Of a DNA stretch of 64,000 nt, positions 1 through 12,996 are shown in pieces. Source of the DNA: Rhizophagus irregularis (taxonomy: Eukaryota); the NCBI RefSeq assembly GCF_026210795.1, contig NC_089435.1, forward strand, positions 3,720,001 through 3,784,000. Direction: 5' to 3'. Position numbers and translations under genes: made by a program. Position 1 is the stretch's first letter, and the number at the start of each line of letters is the position of its first letter. The notes beneath the pieces were generated by a model, which saw only the letters and a list, made by a program, of their open reading frames with translations, was not told the DNA's origin and searched no databases.

Positions 1-51
1 CTACTAATAAAATTTTATATTTTATATATTCCCAACTCAAAGCCCTCTACT

Positions 52-2173
52 ATGTCTGGTAACTATGCCAAGAGAGGCCGTGGAAGTCATAACCCTAACA
101 GTAGGAAAGCTTCCCGTCAAGAACGAAAAAATAATAACAACTCCGATAATTCAAGCTCCGATGGTGAAAACACTATCCAGCAGAAACGTAATCGTACGAT
201 TACCGAAAATTCTATGGAAGAAGACTACGTTGCCGATGACCAGACGGCTGACGTTGGATTAGATGGACCTTCCTCTTCTCCTCAACAAAATATCTCTGGC
301 GAAAATACTTTGGCCTCCTCCCCGAAAAATCTGCTGCGCCAACTGCGCCCAGTCACGTCGCGTCTTCTGGAAATGTGGACGCGTCCATGCATGCACCTTC
401 AAACAAAGACTTGCAACAACCCCCTAACGCGTCGCCCAATTTGGATACTAATGGTGCTCCTGATGGCGATCAAACCCCAGATCCAGTGGTGACCTTTGCC
501 ATAACCAGAGATGATTTTCAGGCTGCGGCTGCGCCGAATGCTGCCCCTGAATCACTCAAGAAATTCCCTACCAATAAAGCCCTTATTGAGGCTGTGAATA
601 ACCTTTTCTTAGAAACGTACGAGTCATTCACTGGAAAAGCTCGTATGACAGGTTCTGGTGAGGCTAAACGCCTCGTTATCCACTTCCATACCGCTGAAGC
701 ACGCGATCTGTGCGTTAGTTCCTCTCATCCTGAGTTCCCTGACTTGATTTTTCATGCCCATGACCCTCGCCAACTCCGATCCAATGAAGATCTCCAGGCT
801 ATCCAAGTTACCGATATCCCTTTCTTTATCAAAAAGGACAACCTCATGGCCTATTTCAAAAAATTTGGTAATATTACCTCTTGTCGCCTCTTCTCCAGGC
901 CTAATGCTAAAGTCCAGCAAGCCCGTATTGTGTATGATCACGCCGATTCAATTGCTCGTTTTACCGACCAATGGGCTGTTTACTGTTTCTCCACCTGTCT
1001 CCGAATTACTCCATGTTTCTATACTGTGGATCAAAAGGCTGCGCGCCATCAATACGTTGCCACCCTCACTCAACTTCCTCCCAATGTTAAGGATATCAAC
1101 TTGGCTCCTCTTACACGCGATCTTGGTGCAAAAGCTGTCAATGTTCCTCTTTCTTTAAATTCCTACAAACCCAAAAGATGGGCCTATGTCACCTTCAACT
1201 CCCAAGAAACCATGGATGCCGCTATGGAACAGACTGTTAGCTTCCAAGGCAAAGTGCTTTTCTGGTCCTCCCCCGATAATACTAATAAACTTTGTCACAG
1301 ATGTGGCAAACTCGGTTGTGCTCCTAATTTTTGCCCACTCAAACAAACCAGAGGTAGAAGCCGCACTCGCGACCCTGTTGCAAAACTCAAAGAACGATTC
1401 AATGTTAATCAACCTCGCTCCAATTCTAATATTGCCAATGCACGTTCTCGCTCTCGATCTCGCTCCAAATCTAAAGATCGATCTGCTTCCAATTCTGGAC
1501 GAGCCAATAACGCTTCCCATGACCGCACTAATAATGATAATAGTAATCATAACAAACCCCCTCCCAATACTTCTCAACGTGCCCGCCATAATAGTAAAGA
1601 ACGATCTGTCTCCTTTTCTTCCTCCTCTCGTTTTACAGCACGTCCCTTACCCTGACAAACTCCTAACTCTGCATTATCTCCTGATGATGCTAACAACATT
1701 CTAAACCTTTTACGAGAATTACAATGTGAAGTTGCTAACTTTCACAAACGCATCTCCGCTCTTGAACTTGCTGACCAACGGATGACTCGTATTGAATCAC
1801 ACCTTGGCCTTGATCCACTCCCTATACCCAATGAACCTGAACCGGACCTCATGCAAGAAGATGCCCCTGTAACTCATGTTCCTTTTAATATTCTGTCTTC
1901 CGCTAAATCTTCGCTGCCTCCCAAAAGTATTTTAACGCGACCTTCGCCTACATTCACTATTGTTCCTGACACATCACCTCCTTCTTCTCACCTTTCTCCA
2001 AATGCTCCTCCTTTTACTCCCATCTCCTCCACACAAGAAGAAATTAATGATCTCAAAAATAGTCGTGTCGCTATTGAAAGTAAATTGGACCAACTTACTG
2101 GTCATATCAAGCAATTCATTGGCTCCCTTGGTGGTGCTCCCTGGAACAAGCTGATTCAGCTTCTTCCAATTAA
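52..2173 (+). pseudogene. LINE ORF1 (RRM-like domains, CCHC knuckle, RS-rich tract, coiled coil), disrupted
   Basis: The ORF from 52 shifts at ~320 into ORF 375-1655 (IQVTDIPF..YFKKFGNI; WAYVTF; CHRCGKLGC..C; RSRSRSRSKSK). TGA at 1653-1655 is followed in the same frame by ORF 1782. A further shift at ~2140 gives a probable stop at 2171-2173. Confidence 0.8.
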
Positions 2174-2223
2174 TTTCTTTCTTCAAATTTTAACTCCCCG
2201 ACTGTTTATATCATTGTGTTTTA

Positions 2224-5200
2224 ATGTCGGACAATAATTTTAATTATGACACCTTTGTACGAAACCCTCCCAACCTTGACAATGTTACTGAAATTTTTTC
2301 GCATGAATCGTTATTTTCCTCTTCCAGTAACACTTCCCCTATCCCCAATTCATTTAATATTTCTTCCTTTAATGTTAATGGCCTTAAAATGTATGGTCAG
2401 ACTAAATTAGAAGAAATTTCTACTTTCTTTTCCTTAAAACATATTTCCATTGGTGGTATCGTGGATACCCATCTTCACCCTAAACAAATGAAGTTTTTAT
2501 CCAAACGTATTTCTAATTATACTGTGTTTTCTTCTAATTTGGATACTTCTAAACAAATTCTCTCTTCTGGTGGTGTTTCTCTTTTTATAGAAAATTCCCT
2601 TGCTTCACATGTTCAAGATTTTAAATCCCATTCTTCACGGTTACTTTCTGTTGATTTATATTTCAAAGGCAATATTAAATTGCGTATATTTGTTATTTAT
2701 ATCCCTCCCCCTGCTGAAAGTGTTCTGCGCACTGATACTATTGATTTGCTCATTCAACAACTTACCCTTACTAAACATGCTGGCTTTTACCATGCTGTTT
2801 GTGGCGATTTTAATATGCATTTAGACAAATATTACCCTATTTACTTCAATCAACCTCAAGTTGCTTCAAAACATATTCCCCGATTATTTTTTCATCTCCT
2901 CTCTCACGGATATGAAGACTATACTCCTATTAATTTTTCCGACTCCTTAGGTACCTTTCATCGCAATGACCACATTACTCGAGTTGATTATGTATGGTCC
3001 TGCCCTCTTCTCAAAGGATTTGCTCTTACTGCTTGCATTTTTAATGCTCAAGATGTTTGCACATCTGATCATAACCCCGTCATAACATACTATGATATGT
3101 CTTTACTTTTTGCCTCTACCAAATTGGCTCGCACTCGACAACTTAAGCGCCGAACCCGTCACGTCTTCAAATTTGATTCTGTAACTGAAATTCAATGGAC
3201 GGAATTTGCTGATAAAGCTGATGCTTTATGTGACGTCTCACCTTCAACCTTTTCCTCCTGGCATATCAATCAAATGTGCGAATATCTCCAATCACGAATT
3301 CTTAAAGCTGCCAACGCTACACTACCTTCTTCCACTGTTGGCAATAATTATACTCCTAAGGTTCCTAAAGATCTGGAAATTTTAACCCAACATTATCGGT
3401 TTTTAAATCGCCTTATGCATTCAATACGTTTATTGCGCAAATATCCTTTAACTTATTCTGCCGCTCATGAACATAAGTGGTCTATTCATTTAATCAGACT
3501 TCAAAATATTTTGCAATTATATAAGAAAGTATTTACTTTCGTTCCTACTTTACCCTCTTCTCTCTCATCATGTCGACAAGATGATTTCAAGTCACTTCTT
3601 GATGATTTATCCAATATTTCAAAATCCTTATGGGGATTTCATTTACTTCAAGAAAAAGAATTCCAAGATTCCTCCATTCGTGCTCATTTGGACGATAGGA
3701 ACAATAATTTTGAAACTGACCTTTCCTCTTTCATTGATTCAGCGCTTTCTCGCACCCGCCGCCGTATCACTTTGGATCGTGTCTTTGTTGATCATCCCAC
3801 TCACCCTCAGTTATTAACTGCTCCCAAGGATATAGACGACGCTGTTGTTAACCATTTCCAAAACTTTGTACCTATAAAATCCACTCCTCCTGTATCTGTA
3901 GATACATTACCTGATAGATGGTCTTCTGTTTACCAACCTATGGATGATGTGCCCTCCTCCATCTATGATTCTTTGATGAATCCCCCTACCCTTGACGAAT
4001 GGTTAACCACCGTTTCTTCTACTCCTAACGGTAAAGCCTCAGGTCCTTCCATGATCACTTATGAAATGCTCAAACACCTTGGATCTTGTTCCTCGGCTCT
4101 ACTCCTTATTTTAATTCAAGCTTGCCTTTCCAAAGCTGATATTCCTGACTTATGGCGACAGGCAATGGTTTTTCCCATTCCCAAACCTCACGAATGGAAA
4201 TGTCAATTGAAAAATACTCGTCCTATTACTTTACTTGAAGTGATTAGAAAATCTCTTGTCAAACTCTTTTATAATCGCCTTTCTACTATTATGGCTACAC
4301 ATGATGTTCTTAAAGGTGGTAACTTCGCTGGTCTTCCTGGTGGTTCTTGCCGCGACCCTATTATTACTCTAGAATCTATTATCCATGATGCTGATGTCAA
4401 CAAAAACCCACTTTGGATTCTCTCTCAAGACATTTCTAAAGCTTTTGACTCGGTTGATTTGACAATGTTACGTTTCGCTTTAGAACGAATACGTCTTCCA
4501 GCTTCTGCTATTAAGTTTATTCTTTCCCTTTTCACAAAACGCATTAATAGCGTTTTCACTGCTCATGGATCCACGCCTGCTTATAGGGTTCGCATTGGTA
4601 TTGACCAAGGCGAAGTTATTTCTCCTCTCTTATGGGTTATTTATATTGATCCCTTACTTACTGTCTTGAAGCATGAAATGATGGACCCTTATGTTCTTTC
4701 TACACCATCCTTAATTGATTCTCCCAATCCTTCTTCCGATTTGAAGATTAATAATTTAGTATTTATGGATGACTCTACTCTTATTTCCTCGTCGAAGACT
4801 GGCATGGAATTTATGTTATCCATTACAGAAGAATTCTATCAAATTAATAACACTTCTGCCAATCATAACAAATATGTGTTAATTACTAATTCGTTGCCTT
4901 TGACTTCGAATTCCACTTTATCTCCTATTACTTTTAATTTAGATTTATCCTCATTAAATAGTGTTCCTTCCATTACTATTACCCCAATTTCTATGACAAC
5001 TTCTTTTCGTTTTTTAGGTGTTTGGTTTAACATTAAAAGCTCCCGGGATTTTGTCAAGAAACAACTCAAACGTGAATGCTGCTCCTTCGCTGCAACCATC
5101 CGCCCTGCAAAGCTCTCATCCAAACAAGTTGTTTATTTACATAATGCTGTCCTTATACCGAAACTTGAATACCGGATGCAAGTTACTCACTTGTCTGAAT

Positions 5201-7850
5201 CTGACTGCCACCTAATAACGAGAAGTATACGATCTGTTGTAAAGCACAAAGCAAATTTTTCTCGCTCTTTACCAAATCCCATTTTATTTTTATCTCAAGC
5301 CTTGGGCTTGATAAATTTATTTGCTCATCAACGACAATGTCATATTACTAATTTATTTTTAATGGCTAATTCTTCCTTTTCTTTTATTCAATCTCTTTTT
5401 ATTTATAGATTGAGTTTGATTCAATATAATTTTTTAATTCCTATTTCTCCCCTTTTAATTAAGGATTGGTCTATATGGTCTTCTCTTTTTTCTTTTAAGA
5501 AAGATTATATCGCATGCACTATTGCTCTCTTATCCTCTACTCCTTTTCGTTTGCTTCATACTCAACTTTCGAAGCTTCCGAACCTGACTTTGATGGATGG
5601 ACGCGTTCCTTATTTGAATGCATGACACCTAAAGCGTTTAAAGCCTATTTCCCTATTTTGCGAAAACGGCATTTGTTTTATCTATCTCAGCTTGTTACTC
5701 CCCAAGGGACTCATTTAATTTCTTGGAAAGCCTACTATGACAATTTGGTTGGACGACGTGGCCCTGGCTGTATCCCTTATTGGTATAAAGATATCCAGCA
5801 AGCTACTACCATTCCTGACACCAACAATCGTTTGCTGAGTCAGTTCATTACTACGCCTACGATTGACTCTTCATTTTATGAATTGACTCCTTGTCTGTCC
5901 TCTCCTACCACTACGAAAAATTGGATTGTCACGTTAGATGACTACGGTTCTCCCATCTTTGGCAAACAACTTTTAGTTCAAGCAAGTCGTGGTACTTGTT
6001 CTATTGTTCACTGGGTCTCTCCTGATTGTGAATCTTCACCTGGTGATCTCATTAGACTCTCTCCTTGCCCTGGTTGTGCTGCTCATACTCCTTTGCCTCC
6101 TTCCAAAAAACGGAATGCTGATTTAACCCTTTGTACGCCTACGGTTTCTCTACAACATTCGCTTATTCTGCCCACCATCAATGAGCGCATTAGACGTAAT
6201 ACTTCTGCAGTATCCTCTCCTTTTACCTGGGCTGATATCGAAGATGGTGTCCGTCTTTATTACAGTCGATTGGATTTTGATTTTGACTCTCCTCCTGATG
6301 ATATTGTTGAAGTTTCCGCTCCTCTTATCACTATTGAATCCTCAGCTGCTGCTGTTTTTGCAAATTCGCCGTTGGTTGTGTCTTCAGACTCACGTTATAT
6401 TTTTTTCACTGATGGGTCTCTTATTAATCTAGGCACTCCTAATGTTTCTATGGGCTGGTCTTGGATGCAAATCGTACCTGATGCTGGTTTTCCTAATTCC
6501 ATTGCTACTTATGCACATGGCATCATTCGAGATAATCCTTCTTCTTCTCGTGCTGAAGCTGCCGCTATTTACGCAGTTTTAACCATTTCTCCTCGCGACT
6601 CAGAAGTTACTATTTATACTGACTCGCAAACTGCCATTGATGGCCTTCGAAGTTGCTCTTCCTATGTCTACTCAAATAGCCGTCTTTACTACAAAACAAT
6701 AAATTTTGAGCTTTGGGCCATTATTGAACGAACTATCCTTACCAAGAATTTGACAGTTCTTCCTGTTAAAGTTAAAGCTCATTCTGGCAATTATTTGAAC
6801 GATTTTGCTGACTCCCTGGCCAATACTGCCCATACCGCATCATCCAGTATTTTGATTTCTGGAATGGACCTTGCCTCTGCCCATGATTTTGTCTTAATTT
6901 ATGACAATGACGCCGTTTGTGAATCTAATCCACGACACCTTCTTAAACAGTATTATCAAACGCAGTTAATGCGTGATTTGTTAAATTTAACGCGATTTCA
7001 CTTTATTTCTTTATTATTATCTAATATAGAATATATTGTTGACTGGGAACTTACTTGGTTTACCTTGAATTTCAAGCCTTCTCATGATGCATCTTTTACT
7101 CTTGAGCATGCTTCAAGACACTTAACCTTTAAATTCAAACTTTTCTTGGATGACTCTACTCACATTGAAAAAGCTAAGCGACTCGACCAGACTTATACAT
7201 GGGACCGAATTAACTTGCCGTTCTTGTATCGATCGCATGGAAGACCTGATGCACCTTTTTATGTGCAAAAAACGTCGTCTACCTATGCAACAAATTCTCC
7301 AATCTTATCAAAATCATTTGATTTCTAAAATTCAAGAAGCTGGAAAATTGGCTGATATTGATCCTACTCCCTTTATTGCTAAACTCACTTCTCTTTCATG
7401 CTGGTCCTTTTCTTCTACAAATTGGTCCTCTTACGCCTCGTCCGTGGTTGTTTACCTACACTTTTTATTGACATCTTAGTCGATTTGTCTATTCCAAGAA
7501 TCTCTGCGATTAAGGTTATCGCTGCTATTCATAATAATTTTGTCCAAAAATTCAGAAAACGAATTTGGAATCCGCGTTCTTATGAGAAAAGTAGATGGGA
7601 AAACGCGATGAATATTACTTATAAGTTGAAAACTACTCCGAAGCCTTCTAATTTGCCATTGTCATCGTACATACCTTACTCATCTTTACCACCTCCGACC
7701 CTACACGATTTACGCGACTCCGGAACCGATTGGTTGAAGAACTCGATGAAATACGGTTTGCCTTGGTTTAATCATTTTTCGGGTTTTATGGGTCGTCTAA
7801 CGGTGCTACTTAATAACAGCTTTTGCAGGATGGAGTGTCGATTTTTATAG
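2224..7850 (+). pseudogene. LINE ORF2: APE endonuclease, reverse transcriptase, RNase H, C-terminal zinc finger; frameshifted
   Basis: APE: SFNVNGL, GDFN, RVDY, SDHNPV. RT: RPITLL, QDISKAFDSV, GIDQGEVISP, FMDD, FRFLGVW. RNase H: FTDGS, SRAEAAA, YTDSQ, KVKAHSG..NDFAD. Zinc finger: CRSC..EDLMHLFMC. Spread over ORFs 2224-5625, 5514-7328, 7150-7479 and 7398-7850, joined by shifts at ~5610, ~7155-7200 and ~7435. Confidence 0.92.
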
Positions 7851-8578
7851 TGGGCGCGCTATTCGTTATTTTGTTAGCATAGTTGCTTCTACTTTGGTTG
7901 GAATATATCAAGGGGGAAGATCTGGGGAAATTTAGTGTAATGCGATTTTTCTTTTTTTAGATTAATTTTTTACTTTATTTTTTCTTAGGAGTCTATATAG
8001 CTTTGTTTTTAGTTAGTTTTATTTTTATATTTTCCTTTTATTTTTTTTGTAAATTGTAAAGTTCGAATAAATTTAATAAAGATAAAGGCTACTATGCCAC
8101 GTTTGCCTAGTTTTTGACTAGTGTCAAGTCTATTACTAAGTCAAAAAAAGCTACACTAACAATTACTACTCTGTTTTTAGAGCAATTAATAACAGAATAG
8201 GAATATATAAAAGGAATCAAAAAGCAAAACTTTAGAAAGAAATATCAGTATATTAACATATTGTATATGAACAGACTTTAATTTAGCAAATAAAAGGTGA
8301 TATATATGATTTAAAGGGAAGAAAAATTATCAAACATAATAAACAATAATTAATTGCTTTTGAGAAAATAAGATAATATATAAATTAGTTTATTAGAAAG
8401 GAAATAGGATAATTTGAAAAGTATATAATAATATTAAAATATATAAATACAAATATAATTCTTCTTTTTGTTAAAAAGGTAGTGAAAGTATATATTAAAG
8501 CTATATGATAATAATGATTCTATATAATCTGATAGCTATTATAGGAGAATATAAGTAGTAAATTACATATAGGTAATA

Positions 8579-8769
8579 CAGTTAGCTCTCAATATAACAA
8601 ACCCTTTAGTTTTCATCTCAAATTTGCTATAAGATTATAGCAAAGAATTTAAAGAATTTAATTGGCTGATTCATTATAACAAGGGATATTAGATGTATTT
8701 GATTGGTTAAATGTCATGTGTTAAGAAAATTTTGTTGTAAAGCAAGTTCGTTATATTGAGAGTTGACTG
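8579..8769. mobile_element. Tc1/mariner (pogo-type) MITE
   Basis: Left TIR cagttagctctcaatataacaaac versus reverse complement of the right end cagtcaactctcaatataacgaac (21/24 match). Flanked by TA at 8577-8578 and 8770-8771. Confidence 0.8.
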
Positions 8770-10610
8770 TAATAAGGTATAGAAGCAAATTTATAGGATC
8801 ATTGAAAAACGATTCGGTAGCTTAATAGATTAGAACGATTCATCAGAAATGATGTAATTTAAATTTTAGGATTTTTGGCCCCTCCCCTCCCTAGTATGTT
8901 ATTATTCATTTTAGGAAATGTAGAATTAAAACATAATTCTGGCTAGAATTATATTAATTACAAGTGTCTAAAAATGGAATATATGTAACATCATCATGGT
9001 CTTAACCCCTTCCTCCCTTTAGAAAATAACCTCATTTCTGGCCATCCCTTTAGTTATATATAAAGCAGGAATTTCTGTACTTTTATATAACTAATAAACT
9101 TATAAATTACACTACCTTGCAAAAAAAAAAAAAATTTTATATTACCTATATTATATTAGATATTATATCATTAGTATTTAACACTATATATAATTATTAT
9201 CTATAATTTATATAGTTTTTTTATTTGTAATTTTTTATATTATTAGTATAAATTTAATTTAATACCTATTACTTAACATATATTTTATGTTTTTTTAAAC
9301 TTTTTTTTATTTTGTAATATTTGCAACATAAAAAAAAATTATACTAGTTTAATCTTTTTTTATGGTTATTTAAAAGTTATTTTAATTAGTATAATTTGTT
9401 TAATTCAAATTTTAAACTATAATTTGTTTATTATAGTTTTAAGCATCAGAATAGTAAAGTTATATATGCATTATTTAGAAGATTTTGGATAAGTTTTGTG
9501 TGTTAGTGTGTTTTAACACATAATGTTAACAAAGCTATAAAAATCACGTGACTTAGTAAAATATTCTACCCATTCAAAAAAAAAATTAGAACTAGTATTA
9601 GAATTAGGTAGATAGTACATATCCTGGCTTAAATATGTGTGACATACACTATTCTGATTTGCATAATCACTAAAATTTAATTAGTAAATGAACAAAATCG
9701 ACCATGTGAAAAATAATTATTTTTAATTAAAAAAAAAAGAAGGTTTTTTTGTACGACATATTTTATATTTAAATGATCTGCAAAATTTTTAAAAAATATA
9801 GTTTTTACAGCTTGGTTTCTACAATATCTTACATTATTGTTGCATAAAATAAATATCTTTTATAATTGTTTCGTTTTAATTTACTTTTTGAAGTAAAATC
9901 AAGAATTATATCATTTTTTTTAAGTTGATCCTATTTCAAGAAGTTACATTTTCATTTATGAATAAGAATGAGTAATTTTGTACTTTTCTCAATTTTTTTT
10001 TCTCGGCATCATTTTTATGGATCAAAATTAAAATTCATAATGTAACACTCGAAAATTTACTATGTTGCTAAGGAAGGTTATGAATGTACTGTAACTATAA
10101 TGTATTTTTAGAAAATAAAATCTTGTCTCTATAAATCATTTTGTTACCACAGTAATTATTTTAAAATTATTTCAATATAGTTTGATATACTGAAAATTAA
10201 CTTTTAAATGATCTTTAGGTGATAATGAAACGAGTCCTGTTTTATAAACTATCGATGATTCAGAATAATAAGAACTTAAAAAAAAGATTGTCGAAGATAT
10301 TTTAATTTAAATATAATAATAATAATAATTATAACGAATAATCTCCACATAAAATTATGATAGTTACGGTTAGTTTTTTTTTTAAAAAGAATTTTTTTTT
10401 AAGAAAAACTTGATACTAACTTGATTGCCTTGATTGCCAAGTTGCAAAGATTTTAGCCCCACAGCCACGTTACTGCAATGTTTACATATTTATTTACACA
10501 ATGGAAATCTTCGGGGTAATCATTTTTATTAAATGTAGTACCTTTTCAGCCATTAAAAATTAAATTATAAAAAGGGGGTTCGATTAATTATATAAAAAGA
10601 AGAAATTTTT

Positions 10611-10630
10611 CTCTCTCTCTCTCTCTCTCT
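10611..10630. repeat. (CT)n microsatellite just upstream of the F-box-like gene
   Basis: About 10 CT units ~40 bp before the ATG at 10672. Confidence 0.85.
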
Positions 10631-10671
10631 TTTTTTTTCTTTTACTCTTCAAGTCTTCGTTTTATATAAAC

Positions 10672-12213
10672 ATGATATTATTAAGAGAAATTATTTTAAA
10701 TATTGTTGAATTTCTTAAAGATGATATATCGACTTTATATTCATGTATTTTAGTTAATAGAGAATGGTGTAAAATTATCATTCCTATTTTATGGAATGAT
10801 ACATTTAAAAGAATTAGACCGTTCAATAATAATGGACAGTCACCTGAAGGAAAACAATTAATTTCCACTTATATCAAATCATTATCACAGGAATCAAGAA
10901 AATCACTGAAAAAATATGGAATTAAATTTTTAACTAAAGAAAAATCGTTATTTAATTATTCGGAATTTTTACGAAGTTTAGATGCTTATTATTTGAAAGT
11001 TTATGTTAGATCATGGTTTTATTTTACGACAAGGGATGATATAGATATTGCAAAAAAAAATTATAAGACTGAACAAATTCAAATAATGTCACTTTTATTA
11101 TTAAATCATTTCTTAGAACAATCATCATGTTTAATTTCTTTGAAAATTGCAAGTTCGGATATAACTGAAGAAATCGTTAAAGCTTTACAAAATAATTCAC
11201 AAGCGAGGAGTTGTTTATCAAATTTAAAAAGTCTTAAACAGCATCATAATGTACATCCAGTATCTACTAGATTATTATCACAATTGGCTGAACACTCTTG
11301 GAATATTCAACATATAGATGTTGCTATACATACTGAAATATCAGAATTATCAACATTAATCTTTTTTCAAAGAAATTTAAAAAGATTAACAATTCGTAAT
11401 AAAAACGTTGTTGTTGGATCTCGGATTTGTAAAAATTATACTTTATCAAATAGAATTGATGATATAGTACCTGCGATATTACATCAATCATCTTCAATGA
11501 CTCAATTAAAATTGGAATCTATTAAATTTCCTTTGGAATTTCTTAATCAATTTAATAATTTAACTGAATTAGAATTAAAATTATGTGGTTATAATCAAGA
11601 AGATTTAAATAATTTTACTCAAATTTCATTAAATAATTTGGAAATATTTTTACTTGAAAGTAAATATCCTATTTATTTAAAACCGTTCGTTGATTTTATA
11701 AGAAATTCGGGTAAAAATTTAAAAAAATTTTTATTACATGGATGTCAAATTGAAGATCCTGAAAATGCTCAAAGTATAATAACTTCATTAACAAATTTTT
11801 CACCAAATTTAGTTTATTATGATGGTCCTATATTAAAAGATAATACTTTTGAATTAGAAACAATGTTGAATCAATGTACTCAATTACGTACTCTTTTATT
11901 ACATCCTTCTATTCCAAGATGTTATTCTCCTATTCCTTCAATTAATTTTGATCCTTTATTTAATATTATTACTCATAACAAATCTCATAAATTAGAAAAT
12001 TTAGTTATAATTCATGCTTGGAAAATTTCGGAGGGTGCTTTATTAGATTTTTTTGAAACTCATAAGAAAAAGAATATTGGTCCTATTCAATTTAATTATG
12101 AAAAAGATTGTACAGTATTTCCTGGTATTAGTACAATTTGTAGTAAATATAATGATTTTGGGGTTGGTTTAGATTGTAAAATTACCTATTATCCTAAATA
12201 CTACTATCATTAG
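10672..12213 (+). CDS. F-box-like / LRR (RNI-like) protein, 513 aa, single exon
   Basis: N-terminal LLREIILNIVEFL..LYSCILVNREWC..IPILW F-box-like motif, then FNYSEFLRSL and LxxLxL repeats typical of the expanded glomeromycotan family. Confidence 0.8.
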   Translation: MILLREIILNIVEFLKDDISTLYSCILVNREWCKIIIPILWNDTFKRIRPFNNNGQSPEGKQLISTYIKSLSQESRKSLKKYGIKFLTKEKSLFNYSEFLRSLDAYYLKVYVRSWFYFTTRDDIDIAKKNYKTEQIQIMSLLLLNHFLEQSSCLISLKIASSDITEEIVKALQNNSQARSCLSNLKSLKQHHNVHPVSTRLLSQLAEHSWNIQHIDVAIHTEISELSTLIFFQRNLKRLTIRNKNVVVGSRICKNYTLSNRIDDIVPAILHQSSSMTQLKLESIKFPLEFLNQFNNLTELELKLCGYNQEDLNNFTQISLNNLEIFLLESKYPIYLKPFVDFIRNSGKNLKKFLLHGCQIEDPENAQSIITSLTNFSPNLVYYDGPILKDNTFELETMLNQCTQLRTLLLHPSIPRCYSPIPSINFDPLFNIITHNKSHKLENLVIIHAWKISEGALLDFFETHKKKNIGPIQFNYEKDCTVFPGISTICSKYNDFGVGLDCKITYYPKYYYH

Positions 12214-12713
12214 TTAGAGAATTATAAATAAATGGTGGAAATCACCATTTGATGCGTCATTAATACGTAAACGCTATTAATCACGTGATCCTATTCGATC
12301 TGATATTGGATATATAGTGATATTTTTCGTACAATTAAGTAAAATAAAAATAAGTATAATTATAAATATCTGAGAATTCCTTTACCTTTTTATTTAGGAA
12401 AAGTTCATTTTTTTTATTCATCATTGGATTTGTTTGTATCGATAAGTAAGATGTGTTTTTTTCCATGCATCTTCATTGTAATACTACTAACAATTAAATA
12501 ATATCAATATTAAATTCTTCCTTTCTAATAATGTGTAGTATGCGTGCGCGGAGTTGTGTAATTTTGCATGCATTGAAATAATAAAGAATTGTGGTGTATG
12601 ATATTAGTATATAAACTAATCGCGTAAAGGTTTGTAGAACTTATTGTTCCAAATATTGTCATACATACTGTAATCTAAGTATCTAACGCGTGAGAATCAA
12701 TAAATATTTTAAT

Positions 12714-12996
12714 GGGTCGCATTCATTTTACTGACAATCATTTCACCAACAGATATCTCATAGATAGACATTTCAAGGGAATTAGGATTAGAGTTATGGT
12801 TAGGGTTAGAATTAGAATAAGGATTTCAAAACTGTCGGTGAAATGACTTTCGGTAAAATGACTTTCGGTAAAATGATCCTATCGGTGAAATGATTCTCGG
12901 TAAATGATCCTTGCGAAATGTCTGTCAGTGGGATAATTGTCGGTGAAACTTTTGTCAGTGATTGTCGGTGAAATGATTGTGAAATGAATCGGTCAC
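12714..12996. mobile_element. Non-autonomous TIR element with 8-bp TSD and internal ~15-bp tandem repeats
   Basis: attttaat at 12706-12713 and 12997-13004. The left arm has catttcac/cattttac motifs; the right arm has ~9 copies of tcggt(g/a)aaatga, the inverse motif. Central ttagg/ttaga-like run. Confidence 0.65.

Larger units (their letters stand above)
1..8149 (+). mobile_element. Non-LTR retrotransposon (LINE) with RNase H; near full length, probably inactive; 5' end may lie before the window
   Basis: ORF1 and ORF2 in tandem, then a T-rich 3' UTR with AATAAA at 8066 and 8075 and an A7 run at 8143-8149. C/T-rich composition differs from the flanks. Several 1-nt frameshifts and one nonsense codon. 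Confidence 0.93.

Noticed and set aside
624..6432. Small overlapping and antisense ORFs within the LINE
   Set aside because: Shadow frames of ORF1/ORF2 with no independent motifs.
8833..9050. Possible MITE (cagaaatga ... tcatttctgg)
   Set aside because: Only a ~9-bp inverted match; boundaries and TSD cannot be resolved.
12830..12990. CRISPR-like array of short repeats
   Set aside because: Units are ~15 bp and nearly contiguous with no unique spacers, there are no cas genes, the context is eukaryotic, and MITE subterminal repeats explain them.
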